NCBI RefSeq assembly: GCF_963921235.1
Contig: NC_086097.1
Span: forward strand, 63,366,001-63,430,000
Direction of reading: 5' to 3'
DNA length: 64,000 nt
Source: Mobula hypostoma
Lineage: Eukaryota
Shown piece after piece: positions 51,956-64,000 of this stretch. How positions within the stretch are numbered: the stretch's first letter is position 1; the number at the start of each line of letters is the position of its first letter. A program made the position numbers and the translations under genes. A model generated the notes under the pieces. That model had not been told where the DNA came from. It did no database searches and worked only from the letters and a program-made list of their open reading frames with translations.

Positions 51956-52445
51956 GAATCAGAATCAAGTTTAATATCATTGGCATATGTTGTGAAGTTT
52001 GTTGTTTTGAGGCAGCAGTACAGTGCAATACATAATTTATAGATATACATAGTTAATTTAAATAAGTATTGCAAAAAAAGAGCAAAGAAAGTGAGGTAGT
52101 GTACATGGATTCATTGTCCATTCAGAAATATGGTGGTGGAGGGAAGAAGCTGTTCCTAAAACATTGAGTGTGTGTCTTCAGCCTCCTGTATCTCTCCATA
52201 TGAAAAGGGCATATCCTGGGTGGTGGGGTTCTTAATGATGGATGCTGCCATTTTGATGCATCACCATTTGAAGATGTCCTCGATGCTTGGGAAGCCAGTG
52301 CCCAGGTGACGATGGCTGAGTTTGCAGGTTTCTGCAGCTTTTTTCACTCCTGCACAGTGGCCCCTCCATACCAGACAGTGATGCAACCAGTTAGATTGCT
52401 CTCCATGGTACATCTGTAGAAATTTGCTGTCTTCGGTGACATACG
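51956..52445 (-). mobile_element. Rex/Babar- or L2-type LINE 3' fragment
   Basis: GAATCAGAATCAAGTTTAAT tail followed by LINE C-terminal coding remnants. Confidence 0.65.
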
Positions 52446-53199
52446 GTTGGCTAGAAATAACTATAATCTACAAATCAGTGAAGAGGAGTAAGTCCAGGGC
52501 AGTGAGAGCAGATAAAGCAAAAGTCTTTGTTCTTGCCATGTGATTCCAGGAATGGAGGCAGCCATTTTGTGGGACTTATCTTGCAGTCACCATTTTGTGA
52601 ACTGTTTCTTGCTCAAGAATAACTTAATCAGACCAACTGAACATGGACATAATGTATTTTCACTATGAAGAAGGAACGGCCTGTTATCTGGTGGTCTGGG
52701 CTCAGTGCTTGGCTGACCTGGTTGAACTAGTTTGAACCAGTCTGAGTTGGAATTAACAAAGAGAATTACCTAGGTGCAGGTTTGTAAAAAGGGCCATAAA
52801 GCAATACTATTTGTAACCTTGAGCATGATCTACTGAGAAACTGACACAGGTCAGTCAGATGATCCTGAGCATACAAAATTGAAAAATAAAAGATTGATCC
52901 AATAAGGAAACAAATAAGAGTGGAGGATTTCCGGAGCACAGATACCAACAAATCTGTGGAGACCACATCAAAAACATGGAGACTGCACTGGGATCACTCT
53001 CGACTCCTTTTCCTGGGTATTACCTTTTCCCTTCTTGGAGGATCAGGGAAACCTAGTGCAAGTGCACACAGGTATTCATTTGTGCAAATTCATGTGCTTG
53101 TGAACTGAGGTAATAAAGGTGCTTGTCAGTAAATAGAGATTCTCCCTGTGCCTAAGTGACCATTATTATTGAGGGTTAATTATTGTAACATACCAAATC

Positions 53200-56100
53200 T
53201 CATAGAAATATGAAAACAGAGAAAACCCACAGCACAATACAGGCCCTTCGGCCCACAAAGCTGTGCCGAACATATCCTTACCTTAGAACTACCTAGGCTT
53301 ACCCATAGCCCCCGATTTTTCTAAGCTCCATGTATCCATTCAGGAGTCTCTTAAAATACCCTATCGTTTCTCCAAGACAGAGTACAAAGTAAATGGCAGA
53401 ATACTTGGTACTGTGGAGGAGAAGAGGGATCTGGGGGTACATGTCCACAGATCCCTGAAAGTTGCCTCACAGGTGGATAGGGTAGTTAAGAAAGCTTATG
53501 GGGTGTCAGCTTTCATAAGTCGAGGGATAGAGTTTAAGAGTCGTGATGTAATGATACAGCTCTATAAAACTCTGGTTAGGCCACACTTGGAGTACTGTGT
53601 CCAGTTCTGGTCGCCTCACTATAGGAAGGATGTGGAAACATTGGAAAGGGTACAGAGGAGATTTACCAGGATGCTGCCTGGTTTAGAGAGTATGCATTAT
53701 GATCAGAGATTAAGGGAGCTAGGGCTTTACTCTTTGGAGAGAAGGAGGATGAGAGGAGACATGATAGAGGTGTACAAAATAATAAGAGGAATAGATAGAG
53801 TGGATAGCCAGCACCTCTTCCGCAGGGCACCACTGCTCAATACAAGAGGACATGGCTTTAAGGTAAGGGGTGGGAAGTTCAAGGGGGATATTAGAGGAAG
53901 GTTTTTTACTCAGAGTGTGGTTGGTGCGTGGAATACACTGGCTGAGTCACAGGTGGAGGCAGATACACTAGTGAAGTTTAAGAGACTACTAGACAGATAT
54001 ATGGAGGAATTTAAGGTGGGGGGTTATATGGGAGGCAGGGTTTGAGGGTCAGCACAACATTGTGGGCCGAAGGGCCTGTAATGTGCTGTACTATTCTATG
54101 TTCTATGTCCTATGTTCCATGTCTATGTTTCCACCTCCACCACCGCCGCCGGCAGCCCACTCCACACACTCACCATTCTCTGTGTAAAAAATTTACCCCT
54201 AACATCTTCTCTGTACCTACTTCCAATCACCTTAAAACTATGCCCTCCTGTGCTAGTCATTTCAACCCTGGGGAAAAGCCTCTGACTATCCACACGATCA
54301 ATGCCTCTCATTATCTTGTACACTTCTATCAGATCACCTCTCATCCTCCATTGCTCCAAGGAGAAAAGGCCGAGTTCACTCAACCTATTCTCATAAGTCA
54401 TGCTCCCCAATCTAAGCAACATCCTTGTAAATCTCCTCTGCACCCTTTCTATGGTTTCCATATCCTTCCTGCAGTGAGGCGACCAGAACTGAGCACAGTA
54501 CTCCAAGTGGGGTCTGACCAGGGTCCTATATAGCTGCAACGTTACCTCTCGGCTCTTAAACTCAATCCCATGATTGATGAAGGCCAATGCACCGTATGCC
54601 TTCTTAACCACAGAGTCAACCTGCGTAGCAGCTTTGAGTGTCCTATGGACTCGGACCCCAAGATCCCTCTGATCCTCCGCACTGCCAAGAGTCTTGCCAT
54701 TAATACCATATTCTGCCATCATATTTGACCTACCAAAATGAACCACCTCACACTTATCTGGGTTGAACTCCATCTCCACTTCTCAGCCCAGTTTTGCATC
54801 TTATCAATGTCCTGCTGTAACCTCTGACAGCCATCCACACTATCCACAACACCTCCAACCTTTATGCCATCAGCAAACTTACTAACCCATCCCTGCACTT
54901 CCTCATCCAGGTCCATTTATAAAAATCATGAAGAGTAAGGATCCCAGAACAGATCCCTAAGGCACACCACTGGTCACTGACCTCCATGCAGGATATGACC
55001 CATCTACAACCACTCTTTGCCTTCTGTGGGCAAGCCAGTTCTGGATCCACAAAGCAATGTCCCCTTGGATCCCATGCCTCCTTACTTTCACAATAAGCCT
55101 TGTATGGGGTACCTTGTCAAATACCTTGCTGAAATCCATATACACCACATCTACGGCTCTACCTTCATCAATGTGTTTAGTCACATCCTCAAAATATTCA
55201 ATCAGGCTCGTAAGGCACGAACTGCCTTTGACAAAGCCATGCTGATTATTCCTAAGCATATTATGTCTCTCCAAATGTTCATAAATCCTGCCTCTCAGGA
55301 TCTTCTCCATCAATTTAACAACCACTTAAGTAAGTCTCACTGGTCTATAATTTCCTGGACTATCTGTACTTCATTTCTTGAATAAGGGAACAACGTCCAC
55401 AACCCTCCAATCCTCCGGAACCTCTCCCATCCCCATTGATGATACAAAGATCATCACCAGAGGCTCAGCAATCTCCTCCCTCACTTCCCACAGTAGGCTG
55501 GGGTACATCCCGTCCAGTCCCAGTGACTTATCCAACTTGATGCTTTTCAAAAGCTCCAATACATCCTCTTCCTTAATATCTACATGCTCAAGTTTTTCAG
55601 TCTGCTGCAAGTCATCCCTACAATCGTCAAGATCCTTTTCCATAGTGAATACTGAAGTAAAGTATTCATTAAGTACCTCTGCCATCTCCTCTGGTTCCAT
55701 ACACACTTTTCCACTGTCACACTTGATTGGTCCTATTCACTCACCTCTTATCCTCTTGCTCTTCACATGCTTGTAGAACGCCTTGGGGTTTTCCTTAATC
55801 TTGTCCACCAAGGCCTTCTCATGGCCCCTTCTGGCTCTCCTAATTTCATTCTTAAGCTCCTTCCTGCTAGCCTTATAATCTTCTAGATCTCTATCATTAC
55901 CTAGTTTTTTGAACCTTTCATAACCTCTTCTTTCCTTATTGTCTAGATTTACAACAGCCTTTGTACACCACAGTTCCTGTACCCTACCATTCTTTCCCTG
56001 TCTCATTGGAACGTATCTACACAGAACCCCACGCAAATAACCCCTGAATATTTGCCACATTTCTTTCATATGTTTCCCTGAGAACACCTGTTTCGAATTT

Positions 56101-56840
56101 ATGCTTCCAAGTTCCTGCCCGATAGCCTCATATTTCCCCTTACTCCAATTAAATGTTTCCCTAACTTGTCTGTTCCTATCCTTCTCCAATGCTATGGTAA
56201 AGGAGATAGAATTATGATCACTATCTCCAAAATGCTCTCCCACTGACAGACCTGACATCTGACCAGGTTCATTTCCCAATACTAGATCAAGTACAGCCTC
56301 TCCTCTTGTAGGCTTATCTATATATTGTGTCAAGAAACCTTCTTGAACACACCTAACAAACTCCACCCCACCTAAGCCCCTCACTCTAGGGAGATGCCAA
56401 TCAATATTTGAGAAATTAAAATCTCCCACCACAACAACCCTGTTATTATTACACCTTTCCAGAATCTGTCTCCCTATCTGCTCCTTGATGTCCCTGTTAT
56501 TATTGGGTGGTCTATAAGAAACACCCAGTGGAGTTATTGACCCCATCCTATACCTAACTTCCACCCACAGAGACTCCGCAGACAACCCCTCCATGACTTT
56601 TCTTCTTTTCTGCAGCCGTGACACTATATCTGATCAACAGTGCCACACCCCCACCTTTTTTGCCTCACTCCCTGTCCTTTCTGAAACATCTAAAGCCTTG
56701 TACTTGAAGTAGCCATTCCTGCCCTTGCACCATCCAAGTCTCTGTAATGGCCACAGCATCATAGTTCCAAGTGCTGATCCACGCTCTAAGCTCATCCGCT
56801 TTATTCATAATACTCCTTGCATTAAAATACACATCTCAAA
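53200..56840 (-). mobile_element. CR1 LINE, near-complete decayed ORF2 (APE endonuclease + RT), split by another CR1
   Basis: Motifs ESLWVE, YRPP, VVGDFN, PTRGEAVLDLVL, SDHNSI, DFSKVFDKVPH and SKFADG. Confidence 0.92.
53371..54130 (+). mobile_element. 5'-truncated CR1 nested antisense in the previous CR1
   Basis: 210-codon ORF2 C-terminus (53413-54045) plus tail; the host resumes as CTATCGTTTC|CACCTCCACC. Confidence 0.9.
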
Positions 56841-56929
56841 CCATTGGTCTGAGCACGTCCCTTCTCTATCACCTGCCTTTCCTCCCTTTTACACTGTCTC
56901 CAAGCTTTCTCTTCAAACTCCTAATGAAC

Positions 56930-59900
56930 TATAGCTGCTGTCATGTCTTCTTTGGAATTACATCAATATGTTCGGCCCAGGATAGATCTTCAGAGATGTT
57001 GACACCCAGTAAATTGAAACTGTTCACCCTTTCCACTGTTGATGCCTAAATATCTGGTGTGCTTTCCCTTCATTTCCAAGTTCAAATTCAAGTCTATTGT
57101 CATCTGACTGTACATATATACAACTAAACGAAACAATATTCCGCCGGACCATGAACAGCACACAAAGTAAAATATTACCATTAATTAATTAATTAATTAA
57201 ATATAATTCAAAATGCATGTGATATGCAGCATGGGTAAACAGTAAACATTAAACAGTATAGTAAACAGTAATCAGGCCACTTTCCTAGTGTTGAGACCTC
57301 ATTTGTGTCAGGGTATTCATTAGTCACACAGCCTGAGGGAAGAAGCTGTTACCCAGTCTGGCAGTCCTAGTCCTGATGCTCCTGTACCTTCTTACTGATG
57401 GTAGTGAGTCAAAGAAATTGTGAGATGGCTGGTAGGGATTCTCAATAATGCCTTGGGCCCTTCACCTGCAGTGCTCCCAGTAAATGTTACAAATGGGGTG
57501 GAGGGACCCCAGTGGTCTCTCAGCAGTTGTTGCTATCCTCTGTAGGATCTAGTGGTCTGATACCTTGTAGCTTCTGTACCACATAATGATGCAGTCAGAC
57601 AGGACGCTTGCAATGATACTCCTGTAGAAAGTTGTTAGAACGGGGGCGAGGAGCCTTATACACCTCAATATCCTTAGAAATTGTAGGTGCAGCTGTGCCT
57701 TCTTCACTAGTGAGAAGATGTTGTGGGTCAATAGACAATAGACAATAGGTGCAGGAGTAGGCCATTCGGCCCTTCGAGCTAGCACCGCCATTCACTGTGA
57801 TCATGGCTGATCATCCACAATCAGTTCCTGCCTTATTCCCATAACCTTTGATTCCGCTATCTTTAAGAGCTCTATCCATCTCTTTCTTGAAAGCATCCAG
57901 AGACTTGGCCTCCACAGCCTTCTGGGGCAGAGCATTCCATATATCCACCACTCTCTGGGTGAAAAAGTTTTTCCTCAACTCTGTTCTAAATGGCCTACTC
58001 CTTATTCTTAAACTGTGGCCTCTGGTTCTGGACTCACCCATCAGCGGGAACATGCTTCCTGCCTCCAGCGTGTCCAATCCCTTAATAATCTTATATGTTT
58101 CATTAAGATCCCTTCTCAGCCTTCTAAGTTCCAGAGTATACAAGCCCAGTCGCTCCGATCTTTCGACCAGGTTAGATTGTCTGTTACTTGCACACCAAGG
58201 AACTTTGTGGTCTTCACTCTCTCTGCCACTGACGTGCAATAGTGTGGTCAACCTGTGACTTTTTAGGTTATGACAACCTGTTCACAATCAAATCCCTGGT
58301 CTTATTGATATTGATAGCAAGGTTGTTGTTGAGACACCACTTGACCAGCTAATCTACTTCACACCTTGTCACCATCTGAAGTTCTGCTAACAAGAGTGTC
58401 ATTCACAAATTAATAGATGGTATTTGAGCTGTGCCTAGCCACTCATTCATGGATGTAAAGAGAGTAGAGCAATGGGCTAAGCATGTATCCCTGAGGTGTG
58501 CCAGTGTTCATTGTCAGTAAGGAGGAGATGTTATTTCCGATTTGTACCGATTGCAGTCACGTAATGAAGAAGTCAAGGATCTAGTTGCAAACGGATGTAC
58601 AGAGACCCTGGTTTTGGAGCTTATAGATAAGTACTGAGGTTATGGTAGTGTTGAATACTAAGCTGTAATCAATAAACAGCAGACTGACATAGGTTTTGCT
58701 GTTGTCCAGGTGGTCCAAGGCTAATTGGAGAGCCAGTGAAATTGCATCGGCTGTAACCCATTGTGACAATAGGCAAGTTGCAGCAGGTTCAGATCCTTGC
58801 TTAGGTAGGAGTTGATTCTGGCCATGACCAACCTCTCAAAGGACTTCATCACAGTAGATGAGAGTGCAACTGGACGAAAGTCATTAAAGCAGCCCACCCT
58901 TCTCTTCTTAGACACCAGTATGACTGGTGCCCCTTTGAAGCGGGTGTGAACCACCAATTGCAGCAGTGAGAGATAGAAGTTGTCCTAGAACACTCCCACT
59001 AGTTGGTTGGCACAGGTTTTTGGTACTCTGCCAGATACACCATCCGGGCCTAATGCCCTGCAGTGGTTCACCCTCTTGAAAGATGCCCTGACATCAGCTT
59101 TTGAGACATCACAGGGTCACCAGCTGCTACAGGGATTTGCACAGGTGGACACACGGGTGTAGTTTTATTCAGTCTTTCAAAGTGAGCATGAAAGGCATTG
59201 AGCTCATCTGGGAGTGAAGAGTCACAGTCATTCATGATATTCGGTTTCATCTTGTCGGAAGTAATGGCTTCCAAACCCTGCCAGAGCTGACGTGGATCCG
59301 ATTCCATCTCGAACTTCAATCAGACTTGTTTATTTGCTCTTAAAATAGCCTTCTGTAGGCCATACCTTCTTGTATAGTTCTGCATCACCAGTCTTGAATG
59401 CCACAGATCTAACCCTCAGCAGACTGTGAATCTCCAGGTTCATTTACGGCTTTTGGTCTGTGTATGTCCGGTACGGATATGTTCTCGAAGGCACACACTC
59501 TTTCACATGTCTTGATGAAGTCAATGACAATTGTGGCATATTCATTCAGATTTGAGGATAAATCCCTGATCATTGTCCAGTCCACCGATTCAAAGCAGTC
59601 CTGTAAGTGCTCCTTCCTTGATCTTCATGGTGCTCAACACTGTTGCTGTGCTCCTCTGTCTCTGCCTGTAATCTGGGAAGAGAGGTGATCGGACTTGCCA
59701 AAGAGCAGGTGTCCGATGGCGGGGTAACCATTCTTGATGGTGGTGTAAAAGCAGTCAAGCATGCTGCCTCTTCTGGTTCCACAGGTGATATGTTAGTGGT
59801 AGCTGATCAGGGATTACTTCAAGATCAGCCTGCTTGAAGCAGAGTACACTGCAGTTCCTGACGTTCCTCTGGTACTGCAATCTTGCTCTGAGGTTTTCAA

Positions 59901-60020
59901 TCTTATTTTCCAGAGACCGTACATTCGCCAGCAGAATCATAGGGGGTGGTGTTCTATGTTTCAATCTTACTTGCAGCTCAGCACACTTTCCATGTTTCCT
60001 CTCTCTTAAAGGGAAACTGC
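56930..60020 (-). mobile_element. Cluster of Rex1/Babar-like LINE pieces (endonuclease N-terminus to RT, plus 3' fragments)
   Basis: Motifs ILLANVRSLENKI, DPRQLWQGL, LPDELNAFHAHFE, NDFRPVALSSTVMKSFERLV and LLFIDYSLVFNT. Confidence 0.8.
57730..58165 (-). mobile_element. CR1 3' fragment nested in the Rex/Babar cluster
   Basis: Translation RLGLYTLELRRLR..TRGHSLRI; (CAATAGA)n tail. Confidence 0.85.
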
Positions 60021-60089
60021 ATTTATGACTGAGTTTCCTGTGCTTGGTCTGCTGATTTTGGCGATCAATAGAATTTCTAAACAACTTGT

Positions 60090-60376
60090 TGCTTTTCGAT
60101 GTACCATGTACATTGGAGCATATAATAAAATGCGCCGCTTGTGTCAAGGATGTGCTAGGGGCAACCGTGCATGTCACCATGCTTCCAGCTCCAACATAGC
60201 ATGCCCACAATCTACTAGCCCCAACACATACATCTTTGGAACGTGGGAGGAAACCAGAGCCAGAGCACGGGAGTCATGGGCAGACGTCTAAACTCCTCGG
60301 AGACAGCGGTGGGTATTGAACCCCGATCTTAGACCTGGCACTCTAAAGTATTACATTAGCCACTGTGCTACCCTGC
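60090..60376 (-). mobile_element. tRNA-derived SINE
   Basis: B-box GGGTTCAATACCC and the shared SINE core. Confidence 0.65.
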
Positions 60377-61345
60377 TTCAAGCATCAACACAGCTAGTCT
60401 GAATAAATACTCCATCTATTTGTGACATCAACAAAACATTTCTGTCGTCTACTCCTTTGAGTACCCAGTATAAAACCAGAACTGAAAATTTAATTTGAAA
60501 GAGAAATACCCTGTGATTCCTTTCCCTCGTCCGTTCATTTCTTTTCTGGAGAGATTACCCTTTCTATGTCCTCAGAAGTGAGAGTGCATAAACATATCTG
60601 AAACAGGTTAAATTTTTAAAAACTGGAGAATTCAGTGTGGTACCTTAATACAGTCAGAAAGCAGAGTACACATTTTAATACAATCTCATTAAATCAACTG
60701 CAAAAGTGCATAGGCTCTTCAAAACAGGTAAACACATACAGGTTTAACAGGATATTCAAATGTTTTCTGTAGTAAACTTGCATTTAATTAACCTTGATTA
60801 TACTCATGTAAAACTAAAACGTAAACAAGCTCCAACATGCTTAAAGCTCATATAATGAATTAAACAATTAGATCCCATTCTTTACAACAAGAATGTGGTA
60901 AAAGTTGCCCTTTAGTTTAATGTGTGTTAATGGTATTTATAACCCTTCCAGGAGGCAAGTTTAGAAACTTACAAACCATAAACACAAGCTTCTAATATTC
61001 TTATACTTTGCCAATTGGGTTTGTCTAAGATAATGTGAGTGTGTAAAACTGCCAATTTAATAAACTGGAGTCTAAAATGTATATTCTGCACTATTAAGCT
61101 GCTGTTAATGTAATTTAACAAAACAGGATGGAACACTTGAAATTGTTTTTAGATTCCCTGGCATTCTAAAGTGAGAGATTCAAAAGACTAAGAACAGGAG
61201 ATCCAATAATAACTGCTATTCAAGATGAAGCAGTTAGCCTCAGGGTACTTGGACTAAAGAAAATGCAGAAATATTAACTGTGATAACTGAGAAACTAGGT
61301 GATAAGGTAAAGGGAGACAACGTGCATGGGAACCATTAATCACAA

Positions 61346-61657
61346 GGGCACCATGGTACAGTAGCAGTTAGTGCGACACTATTACAGCTTGGGGCGTCTG
61401 AGGTCAGAGTTCAATTCTGGCACTGTTTCGAAGGAGTCTTTGGGTGTCCTTCCTGTGAAACACGTCGGTTTTCCCCAGGTGCTCCAGTTTCCTCCCACAG
61501 TCCAAAGACATACCAGGTAGGTTAAATGATCATTGTAAATTGTCCCGTGATTAGGGGCAATTAAATCAGTTAAATCAAAGTTGTCAGGGGTTGCTGGGGC
61601 AGTGCAGTTTAAAGGGCCTGAAGGGCCAACTCCACACTGTATTTCCAAATAAGTAAA
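61346..61657 (+). mobile_element. tRNA-derived SINE
   Basis: A-box-like head, B-box GAGTTCAATTCT, core TTCCTCCCACAGTCCAAAGAC and a CR1-like tail. Confidence 0.75.
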
Positions 61658-61778
61658 TGATCTTTCAAATATGGAACTCGATTTGACAGAATAAATTCTC
61701 CATTTCTCTGTTATAACAACCTCTTACACCAATTTCCACTGGCTGATAGGATGATATAATCTAGAATTTCTCCCTCTT

Positions 61779-62745
61779 TGTCATGGTCCGGTCTGTGAAG
61801 TCCGCATTCCAGTTCACAGTCCGGTCCGTGGATTCAGGATTCCGGGTCTTCCTGCTGTCCCTCGTTTTGGTTGACTTAATCATAGGCACCTGATTCCCAT
61901 TTTGGGGCTTGGAATATAAGTAGCCTTGGGGTTGAGTGTGAGCTGCTGGTTTGTCTTGTCAAGATCCCCTGGGAGCAACCTGCTGGTGGAAGGCTAGAGT
62001 GGCCACTTGCCATCTTTAGGCTGCGTTGGGGAACCATCCCCAGTTGGAGCTGTCTTTGCAGTATGGATTTGGCTGTTTCCCAGGACAGCTGAGTAGCCAT
62101 CAGCCACTCTGAGCTAGGTAGGGATCTGGCTGTTTCTGTAGCCAGCTGAGGTTGCTGGCTGTAACTGTGACTTGGAGCAAACCTGAAGCAGAGATGGAAC
62201 TGTCTGTTGTTCTTTGATGTTTGTCTCTTCTTGTCTTTGCCTCTGTTGGGTAAGTCTGGCTGTTCTGCCATTACCCAATGGAGGGACCAGTCCCACCTTG
62301 GTGTGGAGATAAAGTCAAATCCTGGCTTGTCTAAGGATAAGTCCCAGCTCTATGTTTATGTACTGTCCAGTCTCATGTCAGTGTCGTGTTAAAGATGAGT
62401 CCTGGCTCTATGTTGATGTTCAGTTCCTAGTCTGTCTCTGAGCTCCAGCCTCTGAGTATTCAGCCCCTGCATTCCAAGACCAAGACCCCAGCCTGCAGGC
62501 CTCAAGACCAAGACCCTAGCCATGTCATGTCATGTCCTTGCCTGGTCTGGGGCCCAAGCCCAGGCTCCTAGTGCATAGTTCCTTGTCTGGGTTCCCTGTC
62601 TTGTCCATGTCCTAGCTCAAGTCTGTTCTTGTCCCTGCTCCTTGTCTGTATCCTGTCACGTCCTTACATGGGTCAAGTCCTGTTCCTTCTACTTCAGTGC
62701 CTATGTCTTGCATTTGGGTCCATTCCCAACACCCCCATTGTGACA
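61779..62745 (+). mobile_element. Solo LTR, same family as 6401-7736
   Basis: Termini TGTCA...TGACA; 5-bp TSD CTCTT (61774-61778, 62746-62750). Confidence 0.88.
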
Positions 62746-63365
62746 CTCTTCACTTTCCAAAGCAACTTAAACCTATGGATTGCAAACATAAGATAACATT
62801 CTTATGAAAAGGAAGAAAACATTTGCTGGCTTCCTCAGAGCAACTTTAAAATGGCAAAGGTACATCCAAAACAAAAAGTTCATCTTTGACAAAAAGCCAA
62901 ATTTGTCCTAATGGCAAAACATGCCCCAAGAAGCTGCAGAATAGTGGTAACTATCCGAATGCTTAATCTAACATTCAAATAGCATTACTGCTTTGGGCAA
63001 TGTATAAAATATGTTTGATCTGTTTCATCAATTTAATACTTGACCCTGATGCAATTGGCCCTACAGTTTTAATATTTATCAGATCCACAGTGAAATCTGG
63101 CTCCATACTGATTTTTGTAAATCTTCCACCCAACACTCAATATCTTCAACTTTACACCAGAAACTCCCAGGCTATTCATTAACTGATGGCAGAATTTGGT
63201 GATCTTTTCTGTTAATAGAGAATTATCTTCTCTGAGAAGAATGTGCAGTAAATGATATCACCTTAGATTCAGCAGCATCTTGATCCACCAGCAAACTAAT
63301 TCCATTTGTTAATGGCTCACTTAAACTGTAAGTAGAACTGTATCTTGCAATTATTTAGCTTTTTT

Positions 63366-63779
63366 TTAACCTTTTCCATTTTTTTATTTGTATAAAACTA
63401 CAATTATTTATACATTCTTAAGTACACATTGAGATGATATAAAAGGAAAATAAACATTTAAATAGATAATTATGTACTGTGGTAAATCTAACCTATTAGG
63501 CTAAGTAATGAAATTAGTTGTTAAGAAAAATGGTAATAATAGTTTCCATACAACCCTTCTGGACCATTTCCACTGGTCCAAAATGTTGCATACAAGCCTA
63601 TATACCAACCATTGTACAATGGAACAACCATGGAACAATACATGCCCCAAATAGAGCGTCTCAAAGTTCAGAGGTATCTGGGACCTAAGTACCTTAACTA
63701 ATGTTCTATGAATACCTTCCCAAAATAGACTTAATTTAGGGCAATCCCAGAAAATATGAAAATGATTTGCCTCCTTGGA
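63366..63779 (-). mobile_element. 5'-truncated L1/Tx1-clade LINE (ORF2 cysteine-rich C-terminus and 3' UTR)
   Basis: Minus-strand translation SKEANHFHIFWDCPKLSLFWEGIHRTL...LYLGHV; 14-bp TSD TATTTAGCTTTTTT (63352-63365, 63780-63793). Confidence 0.8.
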
Positions 63780-64000
63780 TATTTAGCTTTTTTCAAGAAT
63801 TTTCTTGGAAAAACAAGTGGAATCAAAATTTGAATCCTGGAGAAAATGTGATTGCTTTCTCTGAGATAAATACAAAATGTGATCTTTTTTAAGCAATACC
63901 TGCCATCTATAGGATTAAATATATTCACTAATGTTGTTTTACTGTTGCTTGGAATCATATTATAAATTGATATCCATGTCTCAGAGTACTTTAAGCCTGT

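Noticed and set aside
51828..53189. Possible additional solo LTR (ends AATAAA...TGTAACA) split by a LINE fragment
   Set aside because: I could not define a matching TG start with a TSD.
1..64000. Prokaryotic-type systems (CRISPR arrays, retrons, DGRs, operons), rRNA or true tRNA genes
   Set aside because: There are no regularly spaced repeat-spacer arrays or operon-like gene density. All RTs are eukaryotic CR1, PLE, Rex, RTE or L1 types, and the tRNA-like A/B boxes belong to SINE heads.

Overview
This is eukaryotic, repeat-dominated DNA that looks intronic or intergenic. The mix of repeat families (CR1 LINEs with (TTCTATG)n-like tails, Penelope-like elements, Rex1/Babar, RTE, L1/Tx1, tRNA-SINEs, IR/DR Tc1, solo LTRs) suggests a cartilaginous fish, probably a ray; that assignment is inference. 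I could not confidently identify any host protein-coding gene, and every long ORF is transposon-derived or its antisense shadow. The most interesting structure is a CR1 LINE carrying a dead Tc1 DNA transposon in its 3' UTR (5018-11253). The same Tc1/CR1-tail junction recurs at 23913-27054 as a 5'-truncated unit ending at the CR1 tail and cleanly splitting another CR1 RT sequence. This is the footprint expected if a DNA transposon were spread by LINE retrotransposition. Other features are intact minimal hammerhead ribozyme motifs in young Penelope copies, two Penelope truncations that both fall in ribozyme helix II, a four-level nested insertion, three solo LTRs with TSDs, and a 5'-truncated L1 with a 14-bp TSD. 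All family calls come from reading motifs by eye, and boundaries of decayed elements are approximate.
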